The notes: generated by a model from the sequence alone, not told the origin. Positions 7,587 to 17,536 are shown, numbered from the stretch's first letter. The stretch is 22,163 bases of DNA from Candidatus Thorarchaeota archaeon (GCA_011364985.1 RDOC01000010.1:1-22163); one strand, 5' to 3'. Made by a program: numbers and translations.

Positions 7587-10500
7587 CTATTTACTCAGGA
7601 ATTTGTCCCTTACACCATCAATCAGTCGACGAATCCTTGATCTTGTTTTGCGTGTTCCTGAGCTGGATTCCAACAATGACAGATGCTCATCGTTGCGATG
7701 TAGGGGGATTTGTTTGAGTATTGTTGTGTTACCCTTTTCTCCATAGATATTCTTATAATCAATAGATATTTTGATACTCATGTTTACTATCTTCTTCATT
7801 GTGTCTGGATTTGCTCTGATTCTTAGAGTGATATGTTTCTGTTCGTGACTAATAGAATCAAACTGGTTCGGTGGGCTCCATAAGAATGTGATTCCTTTCG
7901 TGAGGGACTTGGGATGAAGTAGGCTGGCATGGATTCGCACATCCTTTGCAATGCCTTTTCCATGGTTTTGAATCTGAATGTGTGCCACGGGGAATGTCTC
8001 TCCTATAGTTTCTTGAAACTCAACTACAGGATAGAGATAAGGATGTCCCATGAATCCCCTCTCTGAGATATTCAACATGGCCATGTACGTAACGACTTCT
8101 TCAAGCGAAGATCCTCCACAGGAATAGATTCGATCCCCTAGCGGCACCTGTGCTCCTCCCAGCACACTATGCAGCAACTTGGGGCTTAAGGATTCTCTGC
8201 TACTGTATCTGCTTCTCAAGTTCCTAATCGTCTTGCGCAATGTCGAGGCTGCCTTAACAAGTTCAGGCCTCATCATTGCGATCGTACTTGATTCATCTGG
8301 TGCCAAAAAGTGTTCCAAGAGATATTCGGCATACTTCAGCTCATCCCACGATTTATCAAGAGTTCTGATGAATTCATCAGGAAATCTAGACCTGCCTACT
8401 TGAACAACGTATTCAGCAGCTACGAAGAGATGCTTCATGACTTCATGGTACACCGAATCGTCATGACACCGCTTTGCAGCCTTCGGATAATGTGGCAGGA
8501 AGCTGGTTTTTGCAAGTTTGCTGGCTTCTGCTGCTTTGTCGTGCCAAAAAGCCGCCTGTGCAAAATTCCTTCCCTTTCGTCCAAATCTGGTCCTTGCATC
8601 ATAGAGAACAGCACTCAAATGGTTCTTCTGACCAAGTAGCATGGAAAAGATGTAAGAATCTGGCCAGACATCGCTGTAAGCCACATCTCGATGTGCGAGT
8701 GAGGACTTCTCAATAGTATCTACGCTTTCCTGAAGGGTTTCCACAAGCTCTACGAAGGTTCTCTTTTTAAGGTTAAATTCCAACTGGGCCTGTGAAGCTG
8801 TTGCATACATGATAAAGAAACCCAGCAAGGGATTAAGTTCTCCGAAAAGCCCATCCATCATATATTCACATGCATCACTTGCATATTTCGCGGCGCTAGT
8901 ATATTCGACAAGGGCGGCTTTGCGGTCCTGCTTTTTGACCAAAGAATCTGCCATCCATATATGTGGCAATACTTGGCAAGCTGCACTTATCCCCATCAGA
9001 GATGAAAAATCGGAGATGTTTTCGGCCATTATCGCTTCATCGGCAGCGGCTAGGTAGAAATCCCTTGCGGACTTCGAAATCATTATCGCTTGAGTTGGAT
9101 TCCGGCAAACGGGAATCTTCATTAAACGCGAGAGAGCTTCGCACCTGAGAGCTCTACTTCTCTCAATGTGAACATAGCGCGTATCCACTGAACGAGATTG
9201 AGCTGCAACCTCCTTGAAGGCACTAGAAGCAGCTTCATACTTCTCTGATGCCAGAGCGAATAGCCTTCGTCGCTCTTTCTCATCAAGTGCAATCTCTGTT
9301 TCATTGGCACGCCGGAAGGCGATCTTGTAAATCCCCCATGCACTCTGATTCATACTTCTGATATCAGCCCAATCGCTCCAGACTTTCAAGTAGATTGGTT
9401 TTGCACCTTGAGCTGTTGCAAAGAGCTCCGAAGTCAGCTTATACTCCTGTGATGCCAGCTCAGCAATCTTTACTGGATCGATATAATTGTCTTCAAATTT
9501 GTAGTCGATTTCGCTTGGCTGTGATAAGATGATATCCTGACTTTGATTGTAGGATGATATGGAACCTAGGATTGAGAAGTAGAGGGCCTTCATCAACTGG
9601 CCAAATGCTGCTCTCAGACTGATTTGCTTCTTTGACATCTTCACCAAGGCGTTCTCAGTGTGCATACCCCTAGCAACATTAAGACAATTCTGCAATTGAG
9701 TTGGAGTATTACTGCCATGAAATGCTTGTGTGTATCTGCTGAATAGGGATAGTTCTTTCCTTGCCCATTTTGTAACTGGTTTCAATTGAGAGAAATCTCG
9801 TGAATCCGAAGCTTGAAGCCTTGGAATCCTTGAAAGGTAATCTACTGCCACTTTAATCATCAACAGATCTCGCCAGGCCGCCAGCCACAGCTTCTCTCGG
9901 GTCTGTAACAATGAAAGATGAAGAACTCCGAAAATGATTTCTCTAATCTCACTGATTTCTTCTTCTTCATCAATATTCTGATTCCATTCAATCGATTTCA
10001 ATTTCGAAAGGAGCATTAAATAACATCTTTCGAACTGCTCTGCTGCGATCCATGCAACGTCAGACCAAGGCTTTCCCCGGGCCGACATAAGATTTGGGAA
10101 ATCCACGTCGACAATCTGCTGCTGAAGGCTAATCGCATCATCGAGGTCATTGTCGATGCTTATCGCTTCACAGACCTCGATCCTTCTGGATTTGACTTCA
10201 TTGAATGGCTTTGTCCAGTCTCCACAGAAGATGGATTTTCTATTTCCTTGTTTATTCTCTTCCAGCATGATATTTACAAGGTCCTCGAAACTAGGGATGT
10301 GGTCATTCATTGCTTCACATGTTTTCTTCATGTAATCCCTGACAGAGTCAAGTTCATTCCAGTAGTCCTCGTATTCAGAGTCATTTTTCCGCATTTTCGA
10401 AATCACTACATCTTCGACTTGGTCTGAGTAAATGCGTGTTGCACGAAAGCTCCAACGAAGGAAAATCAGTTTCCAGAATGTTTGGAAAACTACTCCTGAT

Positions 10501-11132
10501 TCTCTTTCTTCTACAGCCCATATGATAGAATCAGTTAGTCTTTGGAGGTCCAAGGCTTTCGCTTTTGTGCTTGGATTGGGTCCTAGATTCTCCGCAGAAC
10601 TCAGAAGACTGCCTACCAGTTTGGATTGATCATGGAGATTACTAAGGACTTCGTCAAAAGCCACAAGAAATCTTCGGAGTCTGATTATCCAATCAAATTC
10701 CTCCTCCACAATGGAGTCATGGCTTAGGAACACAATATCAGAAATATACTTGCGAGATCGACCCGACAGCTTGGCAGCAAGATCTGCGTCGTTTGTGATT
10801 AGTGCAAGAACCAGAGTCTTCAGTGAGAGTGCTATCGAAAGCCAAATCAAAGACTCAAACGATTCATTGCTAGTTTCAAGCAGAGACTGTTCAATCTCGT
10901 CATAGACATGATAAGAATCCTTGAATGACCGAGTTGAAAGGTGCTTGTTGTACCATCGTGAGCATATCCCAAGGACAAAATCCCTTTCAGCAACTGCAAA
11001 CTTGGCTCTCAATTCATCATTGCCAAGACCAGGAACTTCAGTTTCATCAATCCATCTCTCGATTGATTCTTGATCCCACGTCAAGAGATGATCTCCGAAG
11101 AATTGGAAAATCACTGTTGACAGTCTCTCCAT
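7587..11132 (-). CDS. Large hypothetical protein: alpha-helical (TPR/solenoid-like) body plus a C-terminal Ig-like (CARDB-like) domain
   Basis: 1181-aa uninterrupted ORF. Ala-rich amphipathic helices (ASEKYEAASSAFKEVA, ARDFYLAAADEA, AAFWHDKAAEASKLA). Beta-rich tail with IQIQNHGKGIAKDVRI and ISIDYKNIYG. No signal peptide. Confidence 0.75.
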   Translation of the reverse strand: MERLSTVIFQFFGDHLLTWDQESIERWIDETEVPGLGNDELRAKFAVAERDFVLGICSRWYNKHLSTRSFKDSYHVYDEIEQSLLETSNESFESLIWLSIALSLKTLVLALITNDADLAAKLSGRSRKYISDIVFLSHDSIVEEEFDWIIRLRRFLVAFDEVLSNLHDQSKLVGSLLSSAENLGPNPSTKAKALDLQRLTDSIIWAVEERESGVVFQTFWKLIFLRWSFRATRIYSDQVEDVVISKMRKNDSEYEDYWNELDSVRDYMKKTCEAMNDHIPSFEDLVNIMLEENKQGNRKSIFCGDWTKPFNEVKSRRIEVCEAISIDNDLDDAISLQQQIVDVDFPNLMSARGKPWSDVAWIAAEQFERCYLMLLSKLKSIEWNQNIDEEEEISEIREIIFGVLHLSLLQTREKLWLAAWRDLLMIKVAVDYLSRIPRLQASDSRDFSQLKPVTKWARKELSLFSRYTQAFHGSNTPTQLQNCLNVARGMHTENALVKMSKKQISLRAAFGQLMKALYFSILGSISSYNQSQDIILSQPSEIDYKFEDNYIDPVKIAELASQEYKLTSELFATAQGAKPIYLKVWSDWADIRSMNQSAWGIYKIAFRRANETEIALDEKERRRLFALASEKYEAASSAFKEVAAQSRSVDTRYVHIERSRALRCEALSRLMKIPVCRNPTQAIMISKSARDFYLAAADEAIMAENISDFSSLMGISAACQVLPHIWMADSLVKKQDRKAALVEYTSAAKYASDACEYMMDGLFGELNPLLGFFIMYATASQAQLEFNLKKRTFVELVETLQESVDTIEKSSLAHRDVAYSDVWPDSYIFSMLLGQKNHLSAVLYDARTRFGRKGRNFAQAAFWHDKAAEASKLAKTSFLPHYPKAAKRCHDDSVYHEVMKHLFVAAEYVVQVGRSRFPDEFIRTLDKSWDELKYAEYLLEHFLAPDESSTIAMMRPELVKAASTLRKTIRNLRSRYSSRESLSPKLLHSVLGGAQVPLGDRIYSCGGSSLEEVVTYMAMLNISERGFMGHPYLYPVVEFQETIGETFPVAHIQIQNHGKGIAKDVRIHASLLHPKSLTKGITFLWSPPNQFDSISHEQKHITLRIRANPDTMKKIVNMSIKISIDYKNIYGEKGNTTILKQIPLHRNDEHLSLLESSSGTRKTRSRIRRLIDGVRDKFLSK

Positions 11133-11163
11133 AACACACGGCGTGAATAGGGTAATCTCTCCA

Positions 11164-11177
11164 GTATATATATCAAA
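11164..11177 (-). promoter_or_regulatory. Possible TATA box for the 1181-aa gene
   Basis: Minus strand TTTGATATATATAC, about 32-45 nt upstream of ATG 11132. Confidence 0.35.
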
Positions 11178-11357
11178 CTATGCTGCTCAAGAAATTCGTC
11201 TGCGCAGAGTTGAAGCCATATCCACACACATGTTCTTTCTCAGCTTGGGACGGGGTATGAATATTCCTTCCTCCAATTCACTACGTCTTCTATCATCAGA
11301 TGTCTATGTTTCTTCGGTGACCTGCAGCCTATTCGGGCTAAGACTCTTAGATGAATG

Positions 11358-11382
11358 GAAACAAAGGGGGGTACTCCCTTTT
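11358..11382 (-). terminator. Possible terminator hairpin downstream of acyl-CoA synthetase copy 2
   Basis: Minus strand AAAAGGGAGTACCCCCCTTTGTTT directly after the TAG at 11389: an AAAGGG/CCCTTT stem followed by a T-rich tract. Confidence 0.4.
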
Positions 11383-11388
11383 CTGGAG

Positions 11389-13134
11389 CTACCCATTTCT
11401 CTTGTTGAGTTCTGCTTCTCGGAGTTCTCTTCTAAGGACCTTCCCCACTGCAGTCATAGGGAGACTGTCTACGAATTCGACTTCTTTTGGCCGTTTGTAA
11501 CCAGCCATTCGCTCTCTGCACCAGGTAATGATCTCTTCCTCCGTCGCAGTCTCTCCCTGCTTCAATACCAAATATGCTTTGACATACTCGTTAGTTGGGT
11601 CTTCCTTGCGAGGTAAACCAATGACTGCTGCCATAGCGACCTTTGGGTGTTCGAAGAGAATATCCTCTATCTCTCTAGGATAAGCTTTCAAACCGCCTAC
11701 GTTAACAAGATCCTTCTTTCGATCTGAAATCACAAAGAAGCCGTCCTCGTCCTGGTGGCCAATGTCTCCTGTTAGGAAGTATCTCTGGCCGTCAATCTCA
11801 CGAAACACCTCAGCAGTCTCTTCTTCTTTGTTCCAATAGCCTTTCATGACCTGTGGGCCGCTTATGGCAATCTCGCCGGTTTCGCCCTGCTTGAGCTCTT
11901 TCGTACCTGTTTCCAAATCCAAAACAGCGACATAGGTGTCAGATATTGGTACTCCTATAGACCCAAACTTGCGCTTGTTTTTCAACGAAGGATTCGCTGT
12001 TGCAAGAGGCGAGGTCTCAGTGAGTCCATATCCCTCGAATAATGTAGCACCAGTGACATCCTCAAACTGCTTCGCCAGCTCAGGAGGCAACGGTGCAGCA
12101 CCCGAGCCACAGGCCTTGATTGAGCTCAAATCATACTTACCGACATTGGGATGACTCACGATGCCCGCATACAAGGCAGGCACACAATGCATGATCGTCC
12201 CTTTGTTCTTCTCAATCTCCGAGAGCATTTCCGACATGGGAGGCTTGCCTGCCCTAGGGTCCGGGATGCAGATGAGACTGCCTCCCTTAAGATAAGAAGC
12301 TACCATGGTGAGGGTCAATCCATAGCTATGATACCATGGCAAAGCACCTACATAGACATCTTCTCCTGACTTAAGCTTCTCAGGAGTTCCGCCCTCTGGA
12401 GGATCTAGTTGAACCCATTCATCTATCTGAAGTACATTGCTATACAGATTATGATGTGTCAGCATTGCTCCCTTGGGCGTTCCTGTCGTTCCACCCGTGT
12501 ATAGAATCAGCGCAAGATCTTCCTTCGGATTGATTTTCACGTCCGGAGCATTTGGCTCATATTGCGCAATTATGTCATCGTAGAAGATGGCGTTCTCCTC
12601 ATGATAGGGACTCTTTGGTATTTTACCCAGCAGACCGCCAAGAACAGCCTTAGCCTTAGGCAGGAATCTCTTGACACTACATACAACAACTGTGTTCACA
12701 TCAGTTTCTTTGACAGCCTCATAGGTGATTGGTGTAAAGGCTGGATGATCCATGCAAAATACGGCTTTTGCACCAGAGTCCTTCAGCTGGAAATTGAGTT
12801 CTCCCGCCTTGTACTGTGGGTTGCAGGTGACCGTAGTCGCTCCGGTCTTCAGAATTCCGAAGAATATCGGTGGATAGTGAGGTAGATTTGGCAGGAAAAT
12901 GGCCACTCTGTCTCCTTTGCCAATTCCTCGATTGGTTAGGAAGTTGGCAATTCTCTCTGCATGATCTTTCACTTCTGCAAAGGTTCTCGACACGCCAGAG
13001 AAGATGGTTGACGGTGAGTTCGGATACTCCGCTGCAATCCTGTCCAAGAGTGCGTATAGCGGCTCATCTGGATAGTCCAGGGATTTCTTCACTGTTTCTG
13101 GCCATCTACTCTTGTGCCAAAGCATTTCTTCCAT
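11389..13134 (-). CDS. Long-chain-fatty-acid--CoA ligase / AMP-dependent acyl-CoA synthetase (copy 2)
   Basis: Same motifs as copy 1 (LYTGGTTGTPKGA, EGYGLTETSP, TGDIG, DRKKD). Start set at ATG 13134 (MEEMLW) by alignment with copy 1 (MEEQYW) and an upstream GAGGAG. Confidence 0.95.
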   Translation of the reverse strand: MEEMLWHKSRWPETVKKSLDYPDEPLYALLDRIAAEYPNSPSTIFSGVSRTFAEVKDHAERIANFLTNRGIGKGDRVAIFLPNLPHYPPIFFGILKTGATTVTCNPQYKAGELNFQLKDSGAKAVFCMDHPAFTPITYEAVKETDVNTVVVCSVKRFLPKAKAVLGGLLGKIPKSPYHEENAIFYDDIIAQYEPNAPDVKINPKEDLALILYTGGTTGTPKGAMLTHHNLYSNVLQIDEWVQLDPPEGGTPEKLKSGEDVYVGALPWYHSYGLTLTMVASYLKGGSLICIPDPRAGKPPMSEMLSEIEKNKGTIMHCVPALYAGIVSHPNVGKYDLSSIKACGSGAAPLPPELAKQFEDVTGATLFEGYGLTETSPLATANPSLKNKRKFGSIGVPISDTYVAVLDLETGTKELKQGETGEIAISGPQVMKGYWNKEEETAEVFREIDGQRYFLTGDIGHQDEDGFFVISDRKKDLVNVGGLKAYPREIEDILFEHPKVAMAAVIGLPRKEDPTNEYVKAYLVLKQGETATEEEIITWCRERMAGYKRPKEVEFVDSLPMTAVGKVLRRELREAELNKRNG

Positions 13135-13362
13135 CTGTTCTCTCCTCTCTCTAAGGTCAGAATCAACTGCTACGATACAGAAATCGTGCATTTGACATAA
13201 CTCGATGTAATAGCATCGGTGCCTGATATTTCCTTCTGCGGCTGGAGAAGGCACAGTTCTTTCCACACTGAAGGGCAATTCCTAGCGGATATCTTACACA
13301 ACAAATAAGACTCTGGATAACAAATGAATAAGGCATACTGACTGCTGTCCATAATCTTTGTT

Positions 13363-14571
13363 ATGGTGATTCGAATGAGCTATTCGCGTGTTGTCGAGCA
13401 ATCTGACCAGGCAATAAGAGAACTTACTGAAGCGGGAGAACAGATCCTCGGCTATATCTACCCTCATTTCCCTCTGGAGATAGCCATGGCACATGGACTT
13501 CTCCCCTCTCTTGTTCGGACAAGTCCCTCAGCTGGGGGCGGGTATGAATCAAGCCTGCAGACATTTGCTTGTTCACTCACTCGTAATATCTTTAGTCAAC
13601 GAGCTAGCGGACATCTTACCACTTTTTCTGGAATCGTGTTCTCAGGAAATACATGTGACTCTTTGCAGAATGTCGGTGAGGTGTGGAGAAAGCGTTTCCC
13701 TGACGACAAAACTTTCAGACTTACATACCCCGCAGCAATCCCAAGTGAATCTTCGGTCACCTTTTTGGCAGAAGAACTTAGGAAATTTAGTGTGGCTATT
13801 GACAGCGAATTCAAGATGCCGTTTTCTGAGGAACTTTTCAAAGATGCTGTCGCACTGATTTCAGAAATTCGTGAAAGCCTGCAAATGCTATATGCCGCCC
13901 GTGTTCTCTCCCCTAAGCTTTTGGAGTACTCCACTCTGTCTAGTCTGATTACTGGATTTCTCACTGCTCCCACTACATCGGTTCTTGATAATGTTCTCGA
14001 AATAAGATCTTCAACAATGGAGGATCTTGAGATGCAGGTAGACAGAGATCTTGTTTCAGAACTTCAAAATGCATTTCTAAGGAAAGACCTGATGGATATA
14101 GGGAAATTCGATGAATCCATATCTATTAGACTTCTTCTCGTTGGAGGAATGATTGAAACGAATGCTCTTTCAGAGTTTCTCAAAAGTGTCCCCAACTTCT
14201 CGGAAGATATGATTATCCTTGACTTACTATCATATGGATTCAAGACCGCATTCACTCCGTCCATATCCTTGGTTGGTGACCCCTTTGAGAACTCTGCACG
14301 AGCAATACTTGGGTCTCTAGGAGAACCAACTCAAGAGGGTCTCTCAGATCGAGTTCGTTTCCTAAAGGAGATACTCTCTAAACTCTCAATCAATGGTTTG
14401 ATAATCTGTGAGCAGTCTTTCTGCGATCCTGATGAGTTTGAGGCGCCATCTCTGGCAAGGGCAGCAGAGGATTTACAGGTGCCATCAGTTCGACTTCCTA
14501 TTGACCCCGAACTGTCCGACCGTGTGCGATTGGAAGGACGAATACAGACGTTTCTAGAAACGCTAATGTAA
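13363..14571 (+). CDS. 2-hydroxyacyl-CoA dehydratase / benzoyl-CoA reductase family subunit (HgdB/FldC/BcrC-like)
   Basis: FPLEI..AHG and the [4Fe-4S] Cys motifs LQTFACSL, NTCDSLQ and FCDPDEF; C-terminal RIQTFLE. The start may be ATG 13375 (GGTGA upstream). Confidence 0.88.
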   Translation: MVIRMSYSRVVEQSDQAIRELTEAGEQILGYIYPHFPLEIAMAHGLLPSLVRTSPSAGGGYESSLQTFACSLTRNIFSQRASGHLTTFSGIVFSGNTCDSLQNVGEVWRKRFPDDKTFRLTYPAAIPSESSVTFLAEELRKFSVAIDSEFKMPFSEELFKDAVALISEIRESLQMLYAARVLSPKLLEYSTLSSLITGFLTAPTTSVLDNVLEIRSSTMEDLEMQVDRDLVSELQNAFLRKDLMDIGKFDESISIRLLLVGGMIETNALSEFLKSVPNFSEDMIILDLLSYGFKTAFTPSISLVGDPFENSARAILGSLGEPTQEGLSDRVRFLKEILSKLSINGLIICEQSFCDPDEFEAPSLARAAEDLQVPSVRLPIDPELSDRVRLEGRIQTFLETLM

Positions 14572-14580
14572 AATGAAGTT

Positions 14581-15804
14581 GTGATAGCCGTGACCGAACA
14601 GAAGAAAGAGAAGGCTTATCGTTTACTGAAATCCAGTGCTTTGTTGCAGCAGATTATGTTTCGCTATATGATGGAAGGACAAATCGCCAGCGAAGAGGGA
14701 AACCTTGCTTGGGTCACTTCGGGTTTCCCTGTTGAGATTCCTGTTGCTATGAACATTGGGATTTCTTATCCTGAACAATATGGAGCTGTTGTTGGTTCTC
14801 AAAGGATGGGCCCTGAACTATGTGGGTTTGCAGAAGGACTTGGCTACTCCCAGGAACTCTGTTCCTACGCCCGATCAAGTATCGGTTCTGTGAAGCATCC
14901 AGACCAAAGCCCCCTTGGTGGTCTTCCAACTCCACAGGCTCTTCTTGCCTGCAATAACATATGCGGCACGGTCCTACGATGGTATGATACCGTATCTGAA
15001 CTCACTGGCGCTCCAGTATTTCTTCTGGATACCCCTCCACTTGAAGGAGAACAGCCTGAGCATCACCGTGACTATGTTCGGAAAGGATTGGATAAACTCG
15101 TGGACTTTCTGGAACAAGTCTTTGGAAAGCCCCTTGCAGACGAGAGAATGCAAGAAGTTGCTTTGTATTCAACGGAAGCAGTTGGTCTGTGGACACAGTG
15201 CCTGGAGGCCTGTAAGGCCAAGCCGAGCCCGCTCAACTGTGCAGATCGCTTCTTGACCATGGCTCCCATAGTCTCACTGCGTGGGACTGACTATGTAAAG
15301 GACTTCTATGTATCGCTTCTTGCCGAAGTCAAAGAACGCATATCCAATGGAGTCGGAGCTATTAAGGAGGAGAAGATACGACTTCTATGGGATAACATCC
15401 CCCCATGGTTCACCATCTTCCGCTTCTTCAATGGGCTTGCCAAGCGAGGTGTTGTCTTTCCTGCAGATACCTATACTCATGCTTGGACAGGGTCCATAGA
15501 AGGTGATAACTTGTTTGATAGCGTTGTCAGCATCTACTCCAATGTCTACTTAAACAAGGGCCTAGACGCAAAGATTGACAAAATGTGTCAGCTGATCCAG
15601 AACTACGATCTGGATGGCTTCATCATGTTTTCAGTACGCTCGTGCAAGAGATACTCCCTTGGGCAACTAGTATCGAAGGAACTTGTCACTGAGAGGACAG
15701 GTGTACCAGGTGTGGTTATAGAGGGTGACATGGTGGATAGTCGGTTATTCAACGAAGCACAAATACAAATGCGTGTTGATGCGCTTCTGGAGATGTTTGC
15801 ATAG
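14581..15804 (+). CDS. 2-hydroxyacyl-CoA dehydratase / benzoyl-CoA reductase family subunit (HgdA/FldB/BcrB-like)
   Basis: WVTSGFPVEI, YPEQYGA, GYSQELCSYAR, NNICGTVLRWY, RSCKRYSLGQ, EGDMVDSR...RVDALLE. Confidence 0.92.
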   Translation: MIAVTEQKKEKAYRLLKSSALLQQIMFRYMMEGQIASEEGNLAWVTSGFPVEIPVAMNIGISYPEQYGAVVGSQRMGPELCGFAEGLGYSQELCSYARSSIGSVKHPDQSPLGGLPTPQALLACNNICGTVLRWYDTVSELTGAPVFLLDTPPLEGEQPEHHRDYVRKGLDKLVDFLEQVFGKPLADERMQEVALYSTEAVGLWTQCLEACKAKPSPLNCADRFLTMAPIVSLRGTDYVKDFYVSLLAEVKERISNGVGAIKEEKIRLLWDNIPPWFTIFRFFNGLAKRGVVFPADTYTHAWTGSIEGDNLFDSVVSIYSNVYLNKGLDAKIDKMCQLIQNYDLDGFIMFSVRSCKRYSLGQLVSKELVTERTGVPGVVIEGDMVDSRLFNEAQIQMRVDALLEMFA

Positions 15805-15816
15805 GATTGTATAAAG

Positions 15817-16593
15817 ATGGGCGGACATACTTTCGGAATTGGATTGGATATTGGATCTACAACGGCAAAGGGTGTCTTAATCGACGAAACCCGAAAGATA
15901 CTCGCCCAACACATTCAAAGCATGGGTGCCTCAGCTGCCGCCGCTGGAAGAGAGGTCCTTGGCGTCTTGACCGAGGTCTCAGGTGTCCAAGCCTCTGATC
16001 ATAAGATAGTTGGAACTGGCTACGGTCGAGCAATGATTGAGAAGTCCTCGGAAAATGTCACAGAGATCACATGCCATAGTATTGGAGTGAACTCGCTTAA
16101 TCCCGATATCCGGATGCTTGTTGATGTGGGTGGTCAAGATTCGAAGGTCATCCGAATTAGCTCCGGTGGTAGACCAACGGACTTCGAAATCAATGACAAA
16201 TGCAGCGCTGGTACAGGTCGTTTTCTTGAAGTGATGGCACATGTACTTGAGGTGTCCATCAACGAATTAGGTCCTCTTGCCTTACAATCTGAGTCACCAA
16301 GCAAGATAAGCAGTACATGCACAGTTTTTGCAGAGAGCGAGGTGGTTGGGCGCATTGGTTCAGGTGATTCACCAGCTGACATTGCAGCTGGCGTCCACAT
16401 GGCCATGGCAAGTAAGATTGGCACGCTTGCAAAACGGGTCGGAATCATCAAGCCTGTCGGATTGACTGGCGGTGTCGCTCTCAATCCTGCTTTCCGACAT
16501 TATCTATCCGAGAATCTCGAGGCTGAGATTTGGATTCCTGAACTCCCACAACTCACAGGCGCGCTTGGTGCAGCAATATTGGCCCTTCAATGA
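15817..16593 (+). CDS. ATP-dependent activator (HgdC/FldI/BadF-BadG-BcrA-BcrD ASKHA ATPase)
   Basis: GLDIGSTTAK, TGYGR, TEITCH, DVGGQDSK, NDKCSAGTGRF, STCTVFAESE, TGGVALN, GALGAA. Confidence 0.95.
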   Translation: MGGHTFGIGLDIGSTTAKGVLIDETRKILAQHIQSMGASAAAAGREVLGVLTEVSGVQASDHKIVGTGYGRAMIEKSSENVTEITCHSIGVNSLNPDIRMLVDVGGQDSKVIRISSGGRPTDFEINDKCSAGTGRFLEVMAHVLEVSINELGPLALQSESPSKISSTCTVFAESEVVGRIGSGDSPADIAAGVHMAMASKIGTLAKRVGIIKPVGLTGGVALNPAFRHYLSENLEAEIWIPELPQLTGALGAAILALQ

Positions 16594-16660
16594 CTCAAAT
16601 TGCAGGTCCTCAACCGCCAAGGATATTAATGAAACCTTTACGGGGCGCTTGTAAGTCAAT

Positions 16661-17011
16661 GTGTTCATGGTGGACGGTATGGAGCTAGCCATCGGATTCA
16701 TCTTGGTCATCCTACTAAGCCTAGCCTTTGCTGGAGTCATTTGGCTAATTGGCAAGTCTGTCGCTCCAATAGCCAGAACCACAGGCAATGCGGTTGATTC
16801 CTATGCTTGCGGCGAACCGGCATTCCTGGGAGGAAAAGTTCAGTTCAATCTTGAGCTGTTCAATTTCGCCATGTACTTCATGCTCTTCGACATCCTTGGC
16901 TTCATTCTATTCCTCTCATGGGCAAATCCCGGCATAGTGGTGATTACATATCTTATGATTGCCTTGGTCGCTGTAGCATATGTTTCTGTCACACCTCAGG
17001 AGATAGGATAG
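16661..17011 (+). CDS. NuoA/NdhC-like membrane subunit of a complex I-like hydrogenase
   Basis: Three TM helices, YACGE loop, FAMYFMLFD motif. Confidence 0.85.
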   Translation: MFMVDGMELAIGFILVILLSLAFAGVIWLIGKSVAPIARTTGNAVDSYACGEPAFLGGKVQFNLELFNFAMYFMLFDILGFILFLSWANPGIVVITYLMIALVAVAYVSVTPQEIG

Positions 17012-17023
17012 GAGGTTACAAAG

Positions 17024-17536
17024 TTGGGTTTCCTTCGAAAACTGATTAACAGGGCACGTGTCAAGTCCCCATACGTATTCCACTTCAATAGCGGAAGCTG
17101 CAATGGATGTGACATCGAAATCATTGCAGCACTCATGCCACGCCTAGATCTGGAACGTTTCGGGATCAAGTTGGTAGGGAGTCCTCGTCATGCAGATGTT
17201 ATGCTATGTACAGGTCCTGTTACTGAGCAAATCAAGCCTCGGCTGCAGAGAATATACGAACAGATGGCCGAACCCAAGTTCGTTGTGGCAATTGGTTCTT
17301 GTGCATGTAGTGGGGGCGTATTCAGGGGGAGCTATAACGTTCTAGGTGGCGTTGATCAGGCAATTCCCGTTACTGCTTATATCCCAGGATGCCCTCCTAA
17401 ACCCTCGGCAATCACCTATGGCGCATATAAGCTTCTTGAGGTCTTGTCTGAGCAACTTGGTATCAGTGAAGATGTTGCAGCAGAGCCTGTAGCTGAAGAG
17501 CAAACCGAATCTATTAAGGAAGCTGTAGAGGCATGA
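17024..17536 (+). CDS. Group 4 [NiFe]-hydrogenase small subunit (NuoB/EchC/MbhJ-like)
   Basis: GSCNGCDIE, SPRHAD, GSCACSGG, IPGCPPKP. TTG start with GGAGG upstream. Confidence 0.93.
   Translation: MGFLRKLINRARVKSPYVFHFNSGSCNGCDIEIIAALMPRLDLERFGIKLVGSPRHADVMLCTGPVTEQIKPRLQRIYEQMAEPKFVVAIGSCACSGGVFRGSYNVLGGVDQAIPVTAYIPGCPPKPSAITYGAYKLLEVLSEQLGISEDVAAEPVAEEQTESIKEAVEA

Noticed and set aside
6555-11160. GGTAATCTCT present in two intergenic regions (6555 and 11151)
   Set aside because: A single 10-mer match is expected by chance, and the distances to the start codons differ.
11143-11616. 157-aa plus-strand ORF and the other short antisense or shadow ORFs in the track
   Set aside because: They overlap well-supported genes on the opposite strand or in another frame and have no protein-like motifs.
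13135-13278. 48-aa N-terminal extension of ligase copy 2
   Set aside because: Absent from the paralogue; an SD-supported ATG at 13134 aligns with the copy 1 start.
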